Shown in pieces: positions 36,532-46,410 of a stretch of DNA of 46,410 nt. The notes below the pieces were generated by a model that was given only the letters and a program-made list of their open reading frames with translations, had not been told where the DNA came from and ran no database searches. The position numbers and the translations under genes are program-made. This stretch comes from Octopus bimaculoides (lineage: Eukaryota): positions 35,852,497 to 35,898,906 of the forward strand of contig NC_068994.1 of the NCBI RefSeq assembly GCF_001194135.2, read 5' to 3'. The first letter of the stretch is position 1; each line of letters opens with the position of its first letter.

Positions 36532-38910
36532 CTGGTGTGTAACATCTTGGTTATGCAGCCCAGATGAAGATCCTTTCCAACTTTGCCCTGGCTTGTAGCC
36601 AGACTGAACAGTTCGAGAGATTCTTGTTGAGTTGTGATCAGAAATCATGGTTACTGGTGTATTATACTGAGATGACATTGATTCAGAGATATATCCTGAT
36701 GGTCTCCTTTCTCCAACAAAATCATTATTTGTGCTGACACCATAACCATATTTTGCATCTCTCTGGTTTTTCCTGTGGACAACACATACTATCACTGAAA
36801 CTACAATGGCCACAGAAACTATCACTGCTGCTACTACTATAATAATCATCAAGTTTATATGTATTCTGTTGTCTGATTCTGTGTCTTCAGCTGTGTACAT
36901 TCTGGCTGTTGTATTGCTAACAGTTAGTGTCAAAGACAAAGTAGTTGTTGCTGTTAAAACTGGTGTGCCACTGTCTTTGACAATGAATTTCAAATCATAT
37001 GATCCAGCATCATTTTGGTACACTGTACGAGAGAAAGACAAAACTCCTGTGTAAGGGTTAACTGTAAATAACTGTTTGTCATTGCCTCCAAGTATTTCAT
37101 ATCTCAGAAAAGCATTAGCATGACTGTCTCTATCAGAAGCTCTCAGAACTGTGATTTCACTTTTTGTTTGCGGATGGTAGTGGACATCTAAACTAAATGG
37201 ACTAACACTAGGAAATGTGAAATAGGGTGCATTGTCATTTTTGTCCATGATTTCAACAACTACATTTGCAGTGTTGTTAAGGGAGGGAGTTCCATTGTCT
37301 TTCACTAAAGCCTTAAATTGATATGTATCTTGTTTTTCATGATCCAAAGATTGAGCTGTTGTAATAAATCCAAAATTGGAAATCTTAAATGGAAGAACAT
37401 AACCATGCTCATCAAACAAAGAATATGATAGCTGTCCTCCAAGACCTAAATCAGGATCTGTAGCATTGATAAACCCAACAGGAAAATTGGGTTCTTCATT
37501 TTCATAAGTTAAGAATTTAAACGTGCTTTTTGTAAAGTATGGTTGTACATCATTGATATCCATCACTTCAATAGAAAATTTTCTCTCTGTCTTTAAGGAT
37601 GGAAATCCCTTATCTTCACAGACAATACTTAAATCCATGTGACTTTCTAATTCTCTGTTAACAAGACTTTTGATAACAACTTTATATTTATTTTTCCCCA
37701 GACTTTGAAGCATAAACTTCTCATGATTTAGAATGCAATCAACTTCTCCATTGTGGCCACTGTCAGCATCAGTGACCTTCACATAAGCAATGAAACTACC
37801 AACTTTCAATCCTTCTGATATGGTAACCACATTTCCATCAGATTTAGAAACAAATTTCACATCAATCCTTGGGGCATTATTCTGTTGGTTTAACACATTA
37901 ATAAGAACAATTGCTGTAGAACTCAATGGAGGACTACCATGATCTGTGGCATCAATGAAAAGTTTATAGGTTTGTCTCTTTTCAAAGGGAAAGATTTTGT
38001 GGGGTAAAATTCTGCCACTTTTAGGATCTAGTTCAAAATATGACTTGACAGAATCTGGTGTTTTGGAATTAAAACTGTAAGAAACTTTGCCATTTTGACC
38101 AACATCTTTATCTTCTGCTAACACAATAGCTACAGGCTGTACTCTTCTATCTTTCTTGTTTATTGAAACATTGTAGATGTTCTGTGTAAAGATAGGCCTA
38201 CTATCATTCTCATCTGTAACAGTTACTCGTACTTTTAAAATACTTTGTTTAGGTGGTGAGCCACCATCTCTTGCAATAATCTCCAAAAGGTAAAAATCTT
38301 TTACTTCTCTATCAAGTCCCTGCTTCAGAATTATTTCATTTTTCGATGTACCTATCACACTCTTTGACATGGAGAGTTTAAAAGGGTCATTTGTATTCTT
38401 CAGTACATAAGTTATCTGTGAATTCGAAACACTCACATCTTTATCAATAGCATTTGGTATTGATTTTGTGGTTCCTTTCCCATCAGTCTCATAAAACTGA
38501 AGATCTACTTGATGGTGTGAAAATTCAGGTTTGTTATCATTAACATCATCAATAATTACTTTTATTTCAATTATTTTCAAAAAGTATTCTTCTTGTCTCA
38601 CAGCAATTTCGACCATTCTGAAGCACTCAGTATTATATTTACAGAGAGATTCAGCATCTAAATTCATTGCAGTGCATAGTTTTCCTGTCTTGGAGACATT
38701 GAACAGCTGTACGTCACCATTTTGACTTTCATGCAGTTGGCTATATGTAATAACACCATTATCTTGAGGTGGAACACTGTCCAATAAATGTCGCTCATAT
38801 GAGATGTCGCCAACAATAGTTCCTGGTCTTTTGCCTTCCTTCACGTGGTAAGTCAAATCAACACTTTCACACATGACAGTCACAATCAATAATATATATA
38901 CTTGTAACAT
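36532..38910 (-). CDS. Protocadherin, large coding exon (signal peptide, EC1-EC6, TM, start of cytoplasmic tail; 793 codons)
   Basis: ORF MLQVYILLIVTVMCES... with cadherin motifs (LDAE, DDVNDNKP, AIDKD, LDRE, TDENDSRP, DINDVQP, ATDPD, LDHE, DKNDNAP, ASDRD) and TM IIIVVAAVIVSVAIVVSVIVCVV. First ATG at 38910. Acceptor ttttttctctttcAG ends at 38949, so the exon begins at 38948 and a 5'UTR exon lies upstream. Donor CAG|GTAAAT after 36532, phase 0. Confidence 0.97.
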
Positions 38911-41319
38911 GTTTTTGGCTTCAAGATACAAGAAATGTAAAAGGAAATCTGAAAGAGAAAAAATAGAGAAAAATTAAAAAAGAAAGAGAGAGAGAAAGAG
39001 AGGGAGAAAAAGTCGAGTCTGTGATATTTTGTCAATACAAAAGCAATATTTCTCTCTTTAGAAATAACTTTATTTGCTAGCTTCAGGAAAAATGTTTCTA
39101 GAATCTAATTGAACAAACTACATATATTGGGACAAAACACTCAATAACTCTTATCTCCTCCCTTATACGAACATTTACATTTGCAGAGGCATTACTGAGA
39201 CATTCTCTGAATTTATGTAATTTTGAAGAAAACTTATCTAATTTTCAATAAAGCATTAAACACACAGACACACACACACATGCATACACACACGTATGCA
39301 TGCAGCTTGCACATGCACTTCTTTTATTACATAACTATTCATGGAGTGTTGAAGTNNNNNNNNNNNNNNNNNNNNNNNNNNNNNNNNNNNNNNNNNNNNN
39401 NNNNNNNNNNNNNNNNNNNNNNNNNNNNNNNNNNNNNNNNNNNNNNNNNNNNNNNTTTATTTTTCATTTAGTCTGGAAGAAATAGGTGTGTCTATATCAC
39501 CCACTGGCTTTTTTGTGACCAGTGAAATTGATGTGACTCATATTTTTCTTTAGATAACTGTAAGATGAGGGTTGTCAGAAAACCATGAGCAAGGAAGGAA
39601 TTCCAGTGAACTGGTGTCCTGTTAAAGAAGGGCTGGGAGAAAATAAGTTATTGCTGAGCCTGAATGGATAGATGCAATATGGATAAATAGTAGAATAAAG
39701 ATAAACAAATGAGTCTGGAGGGCCCATGTGCATTTGGCATAGGATCAGAGCCAACTCTGGGAGTTAGATACCATTGGCGTAATGGGGAAATAGCATGCCT
39801 GTGGGTTGGCAGTTGGCATGTTTTTGATGAGTGACTTCATGCCAATTAGTCAAAGAGCATTTTTATAAGGGCTCAATCTATTATGTCTGTTATGTGTTGT
39901 AACAGCATCATTCCAGATGCTTTTACAGTACTTCATTGTGAATCTCTCTTGAAATTTGTAAGAGGTTAATGGATTTTGAAGGCTGAAGTATTTTCTGGCC
40001 CTGAAACAGAAAAGTAGACTTTATGATACAGTCTATGTTGAGAATCTGAGATTGTCAGTAGAGGTTATTATTGCTAAGACCTAGCAGTGATCCCTTATAT
40101 TATACTTGTTTCAGCCTTTGGACTGCAGCCAGGCTGGGGCACCACCTTGAGGAAGGGGCACTGTCTTGATGGTTAAATTGCACAGAATTTGTATTTCAAA
40201 TTTTAATCCCCTGTGCTACATATACTTCATGTCATTCATTTCAAACCAGCTGCCATATTCTAATACTGTATTTTCCTCGGGGATTGAGATAAAAGCTTTG
40301 TCCAAGGATACGACAAAGTAGTGTCTGAGAATAGACATAATATAGTCAGTCCACTACTTTTCTACATGGCCCTGTTTATATTAAGAACAATAATATTGTT
40401 TTTATGTGTACAAGTGTACAAGCAAATGTCTTAGTATATGAATATGGAACTATGTGTTTATATACATACAAATATACATAAATACATACACATTTGTATG
40501 TGTGTATGTGTGTGTGTGTGTGTACTTATGCATAATACATATATTCATATATATATATATATATATATATCTTTGTATCTACAATATATATGTTTATGAT
40601 ATATTATTTTTTGTAATTGTAATTGTATGTATTTCTGTCTGTTTCAGTGAGTTGGTGGGTGTATGGCTGCATGGGTGTGCCTGTGTTGATGTGTGTGGAT
40701 GTATGTGGATGTGTGTGAATGCACGTGAATATATCATAAAGGCATTACTCCGAGCTATTTTTGATAAGTTTGATGCATATGGATTGTTTTTCATCTGTCG
40801 ACACACTGTCCAAATATAAATGCTTCTATACTTGTACAAGTGACCAGTATCTGCATTTTTCTCCCTCTCCAATCGGAATTATTTCTCCTGAATCCATTAT
40901 GAGAAATTTTCGTTTTATTCTCATGCTATGTTCGATGTTGTTGTAATCGAAAGAAATGAATGCATGAATCATATTTGTTATAAATGTAGCTCTCTTCTCT
41001 CTTTCTCTCTTGTGATACTGGAAACGTCCGTCCATGTGGCGAGAGCAGTTCGAAATATGTTGAGATCTATTCTTAGTACATTCTCATTCCTTCCTCCTTC
41101 TCATCTTCCTCCACCACCACCACCTGCTCCCACCCAGATGAAAACTTCAGTATGGATGAAGCAAAGAAGTAACAACCATGGAATGTAATAATGGAATTAT
41201 AACAGTGAAGATTAAAATGAGTGGGTGGGGCAGGGAGGGGGAAGAAAACAGACCCCAAAAAAAAACAAACAATAAAACAATCACCAAATCTAATCTGATG
41301 GTAAACTCCTACCTCCCCA

Positions 41320-41790
41320 TTACCAACCACCACCAACACCACCATCACTACCACTACCATCTTCCTCATCTCACTCCTCCTGCACCTCATCATCATTACC
41401 ATCATCATCATTATCATCATCATCATCATTGTTTTTTCCTTGATATCATCATCATTATTTTCATTATCATTATTATCATTATCATCATCATCAGCATCAT
41501 CATCACCCCCACCCCTGCCACCACTCACCATCATCGTCATTGTCGTCTTCATAATCATCACTATCATCATTATCATCATTATCATCATCATCACAACCAT
41601 TAGCAGCAGCAGCACCACCAACACTACTACCAGCACTAAACACTACCACCACCATCACTCCCTCCACTACAACAATCAACACCATTCATCACCGCTGCCA
41701 CCACCACCACCACCACCACCACTTCCACCATCATTGCCACCATTATCATCATCATCATCAACAGCAACAACAGTTGCAATGACAAATACA
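41320..41790. repeat. Degenerate (CAC)/(ATC)/(CAG) tract
   Basis: Direct reading; source of several low-complexity ORFs. Confidence 0.95.
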
Positions 41791-42159
41791 AACACTGACG
41801 ATACAAAAGAAGTAAAACAAAAGCCCAACTCTGCTGCAGAAAAAAAAGAAACCACCCACAGACCTCTCTCGTAATTAAATACACATTTAAATTAAAGCAA
41901 CACAGTTATTCAATGACACAGTTACTAGAGTTAAAATAGGACTAAGACTGGCAGAAATACATTAACTGGGTTTATGTACACATAATTCTTAATACACACT
42001 GACATATGTTTTGTTTAAATTACTGTTTTTTTTTTTGTTTTTTTTAATATTCATTATTTCATTCTAGAAAGGGTGGGATAGGTGTGTGAATGCTGGCATT
42101 TATATGTGGTTTGGTGCAAGTTTTCTTTTTTGTTTTCTTACTATTACCTTTTAGCCCCA

Positions 42160-42280
42160 GGCTGATGAAAGCCTTCTGACTGAGTCTGATGGGCAGAAAA
42201 TGAAAGAAGCCCCTCGTACGTGTGCACGCACGTGCGTGTGTGTGTGTGTGTGCACACAGACATACATATATATATATATA
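42160..42280 (+). mobile_element. Family-B SINE core fragment
   Basis: agccccaggctgatgaaagcctt...gaaaatgaaagaagcccctcgtac, followed by (TG)n/(TA)n. Confidence 0.55.
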
Positions 42281-42334
42281 GAAGATGGTTTGTTATAGCT
42301 GGTCAAAGATAGACCATTAGTTTTATACCTATAA

Positions 42335-42376
42335 GACCATTGGTTTTATACCTGTATAGGTGTGAAACCAATGGTC
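42335..42376. repeat. 42-bp near-perfect palindrome
   Basis: GACCATTGGTTTTATACCTGTATAGGTGTGAAACCAATGGTC folds into 20 bp with three G-T pairs. A partial tandem copy lies at 42312-42333. Confidence 0.9.
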
Positions 42377-42410
42377 ACTTCTTTTTCGGATATATGAACT
42401 ACTGATGATA

Positions 42411-43862
42411 TGTTTGTATGTCATTATTCAGCTTTATTTCAAGATTTCTTGTCAATAGAGAAAGAGTCAGTTTGTAATCTAGATCCAAGGCTCCTTCACT
42501 GGAATTTCAATAGCATCAACAGGGTATTCTTGATTGTATGTATGTAGGTATATGTGCAGATTTGTATGTTTTGTTTTATGTATGTCTTCTCATTCATTTA
42601 GTTGCATGTCTAGTCATATTCATATATACTTAAATGATAAACTTCTGGAAAGTTTTATAAACTTTTAGTTCCAGTGATGGCTTAGATTTGTAGTCTTTGA
42701 ATCAGCTTTCTCCTTTCTGGTTTTCAGAAGCCTAATTTCTCAAGATTGCTTCTTAGGCAGTATGTTACACATCCCAGTACTTCAATAATTACAAGTATAA
42801 AACTGAATTTGTAATCTGGATAGAGTAACTGTAGATTTCTCAATAGTTCAGTGTAGGTATTTTTTTCGCTAATCTTTAACTTTATGTTAACATCTGCTGG
42901 ATAGCTGATTTTCACAACTGTATACAGTTTCCATTCTCTATCCCAAATCACTATGTCAGGTCTATTATATTTACATTTTATTGAGGTTTACACTCGGGCA
43001 TTCCATCAGTACTCCTTTTTATTGTAAATGACTATGGCTTCTACCATGCTGTGGGTTTTTATTTCTTTGGCCTCGGGGTTATCCTTACGATGGATCTCAT
43101 TATACAGTGTCTTAGCTACAAAATCATGTCTCATTGGTAGATAGTACTGTGATGACATTCTTGGACAACTGTTTATGATGTGGGTAATATCTTCAGTGTT
43201 CACTTTACAAAGTCTGCATCGGTTATCACATTTTGCTGCTTTTCCTGCATCTCTATCCTTTCTGAGCATCAGGTATTTGGTTGATATTTCCTATTCCTGG
43301 ATTGCAAATGCATACCCTTCAAAGTGGGAGTTAGACCGCTTTGATGATCAATATTACAATCATCCCGGAGCTTTCTAACAACATATCCATGCAAGGTCTT
43401 CTGCTGATATATGCTTATCCTTTCAGCTGATGATATGTTTTGGTAGTGTCATGCAACTTCTTTGGGCATATATTTAATGTTATCAACAAGGAATTCTGCT
43501 CAGGGAGCTGCTTTCTAAATCTCATGATGTTATCAGCTTCACGTATGCAAACTTGGTCAAGGAATGCACTTCAACATTTGGTGATTAAAAGATGTTGCTG
43601 AAGGGATATGATATGAGATTCATAGGAAGTCTGGATCGATGTTAAGCCACTGCCCCCTTGCTTTTTTTAGGCAGAACCAATCTACATCATTGTTGATGTG
43701 GAAACTACATGTGCTGATTAATATCTTCTGGATTCACAGATCTCATCAAGCATCCAATCAAGTAGCTCAAATGTTGGTATGAGTACTGGCACTGCAAACA
43801 CATTGTGGGCCATTGTTTTATTAAATACAGAAAGTTCTGAGGTCCATGTTTTCTTACTTCTG
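42411..43862 (-). mobile_element. Dong/R4-clade (RLE-type) non-LTR retrotransposon, 3' 1.45 kb
   Basis: KWTSELSVFNKTMAHNVFAVPVL...FHINNDVDRL...; CCHC knuckle CRLCKVNTEDITHIINSCP...RHD; RLE region IVIWD; 3'UTR ending aataatgACATACAAACAT. Confidence 0.85.
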
Positions 43863-44044
43863 CTAAATATTAATAAAAATATATATGTATATATGCATGT
43901 GTTTGTGTGTGTGTGTGAATTCCTGGCATTTGTTGCAAATGACAGGTGTAGTGTTTGATTATGATCAACTCATGGTTACTTCTTTAATGTTGACCAGTGT
44001 ATAACCACTTTATAGCATGGACTAGGGAGGATTTCATCTTACCA

Positions 44045-44395
44045 CAAGTGCTAAAGATGAGCTCAGAGTAAAACTATGCATAAGCAGAGTAGGATGTAGT
44101 GTATAAGAGAGATAGGAAAGCATTGATAGTTATGGCCATGTAATGCTTACCACAGCTGTGTTTAAGAAGTCTTAAGAAATACATGTGGAAAGAAAACAGT
44201 AAAAAAGGAAGACCAAGAAAGACATGGACAAAAGTGGAAAAAGCTGAACTACATAAAGGAGATAAGTAAGTAATGCAACATGTGATGGGTCATTGTGGAG
44301 GAGAAGATCCTTCCAACTCATGCGGCCATGGAAAAATAGATGTAAAAATGGTGATACTACTATTGTTATTGTTGATGATGATGATAATGGTGGTG
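44045..44395 (+). mobile_element. RTE-clade LINE 3' fragment
   Basis: DELRVKL.ISRV...YGHVM...KGRPRKTW, then tail catgcggccatggaaaa..gatgtaaa and (GAT)n. Confidence 0.65.
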
Positions 44396-44699
44396 GTGAA
44401 GACGATGATGATATATATGTATCTACACACACATAAATCAAAATATTGCCGTTTATGCACAATAGAATCGCTGAATATATTATTATATAAACTAGATAAC
44501 TTAATAAATAATAGATTAGATGCGATAACATCATGCAAACATAGATATTATAAAACCTTCAAATATTATAATAAATCCAAAAATAAGGTAAAATAAAATA
44601 AAAAAACACGTTTGTATTCTTAAGAACATATCTATATAAAAAGCGCACATATTTGGGTGTACATACATATATTTATATATACATATATATATAGGGGTA

Positions 44700-45320
44700 A
44701 ATATTAGATATATATGCATGTTAAACGTAGAGATTTAGTGGGGGAATTCTAATGATAGCAATTTACAATTAATTAATTAAAAATGAACGCTGAGAGTTTG
44801 AACTCGGATTCCAATATATTACTTGGGAAAAAAAAAAATTAAGTGAAATCGAATTTGAAATGGAATCTTCTAACAAAAACTATTTATTCGCAATTTTTTG
44901 AAATCTAACTAAATTTAAATTTCAATGTTAAATACTCGCGTTGGATGAACTTTCAAAATTGAATCAGATTTACAAGATTACCAACACGTATAATAACAGG
45001 ATGAAATTCGCTGAGATCATCTATACTTTTAAAAAATATACCAATTCTTATATAAATGAGTGTTTGACACTCGAAACTTCAACAAAGGAAGAAACGAACA
45101 AATTTTACACACTTCAGAAGGATTAACGTGACAAGGACAGTATATATTATTATTTTTAATTTTTAGTATTCTTAATTTTTAATATTTCTAATATTTTAAT
45201 ATTATATAGGTATATAAAGGGTTCTTAATGCATCTCTGAAGAACGGAATTACTAATAATAAGATGATCTTTAGATCACTTTGTGACTGTAGTAATATCCG
45301 CGAAACGATCGTAAGATATT
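44700..45320. promoter_or_regulatory. CpG-retaining unique region, candidate promoter or 5'UTR exons (orientation unresolved)
   Basis: Many CpGs (aacgctg, actcgg, atcga, tcgcgtt, ttcgct, ccgcgaaacgatcg) in an otherwise CpG-poor window. Plus-strand donor GATC|GTAAGA at 45311. Confidence 0.35.
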
Positions 45321-46010
45321 TTATTCTTTACACTTTAGGTTTCTTTATATTTTATATTTTAGAATTTATAATATTCATGCGTATTTATACATAAATTTTT
45401 ATACGCATATATATTTAAACATATATATATCTATTTTTAGATTTTTATATGTACTCATATTTATATTCCGTATATTTATGTTTTAAACTTTTAAATTTAT
45501 CATGTTACCATGTTATGTTGGATGTATATCTTTCAAAATATTAAATATTGATTTCCTGAATATATTATTGATGAGTTCTACGAATTTATTAATGATATAA
45601 AAACACATATATAGACATTTATTTGCTCAGGATAATTGAGCACTCAACATAAGTTCAGTTATATATTCTTTTAGAATATTACTTATAAAAGTTATATATA
45701 TATAAAACAAATGATAGAGATGAAAAATGGAATACACAGGAAATTTTATTGCTTACAACTATAGTTTTGACACACCCTTCATCGATCCCTCATGGGTGGG
45801 AAACTATACAACTAGTTGTGGTGCACCTCTTGGGGCAGGAGCATCTCATCAGCTGATGTAATAAGGGATATCTAGTTAAATGAACTTTGTTTTGCTCAGA
45901 TTTAATACAGCACACTCTTAGTGATCATAGGCTTAAGCTGTTGGTCAAGTAGCCATAGGTAGTGAATTTGCCTTATCAGTGTACTACTAGGAACATGCCC
46001 AAAACTTATA

Positions 46011-46139
<129 letters not shown>

Positions 46140-46365
46140 ATGGGCATGTATATCTCTGTATAAATGTATATGAGGAATAAATTATCTTGGTGATGACATC
46201 TGTGTGAAATATATTAAGTTAGTGCTAAAATATTAAATGAATGAGCATTGTGTGTATACTTGCAAAAACACAAATACATATGTGTATAAACATATACATA
46301 CACACACTCATACATAAATATACATACATATATATAATATCTATCTATCTATATATGTATGTATG

Positions 46366-46410
<45 letters not shown>

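Noticed and set aside
38911-38931. N-terminal extension MYLEAKN
   Set aside because: It begins at a non-ATG codon; the first ATG is 38910, immediately followed by a signal peptide.
41073-41884. His/Met/Ile/Pro-rich ORFs (also 3863-4168, 5366-6142, 10288-10554, 17989-18354)
   Set aside because: Trinucleotide repeats are stop-free in several frames on both strands; no domain content.
42170-42185. Other CTGATGA hits (6522, 30382, 42172) as hammerheads
   Set aside because: They lie inside SINE bodies and lack stem II plus GAAA.

Overview
AT-rich, microsatellite-dense animal genomic DNA with five N-gaps. The protocadherin type and repeat repertoire point to an octopod cephalopod, probably Octopus (inference). 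The one host gene is a minus-strand protocadherin (signal peptide, 6 EC repeats, TM). The ORF track shows only its big exon plus intron read-through. By reading splice sites I reconstruct three coding exons (38910-36532, 35576-35411, 11310-11048; 935 aa) with a 24-kb last intron. The tail ends in an SH3-ligand-like KPLPKVP. The rest is decayed mobile DNA: Tc1, full-length mariner, Helitron helicase remnant, piggyBac- and pogo-type MITEs, CR1/L2-, Tx1-, RTE/Rex3- and Dong/R4-type LINE fragments, and three tRNA-derived SINE families (my labels A, B, C). Best leads are an inverted repeat carrying Penelope-type hammerhead ribozyme motifs in the last intron, a duplicated identical 34-bp palindromic core, a cryptic exon, and CpG-retaining islands. 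I see no clearly new multi-gene system. All family assignments come from motif recognition by eye, not database searches.
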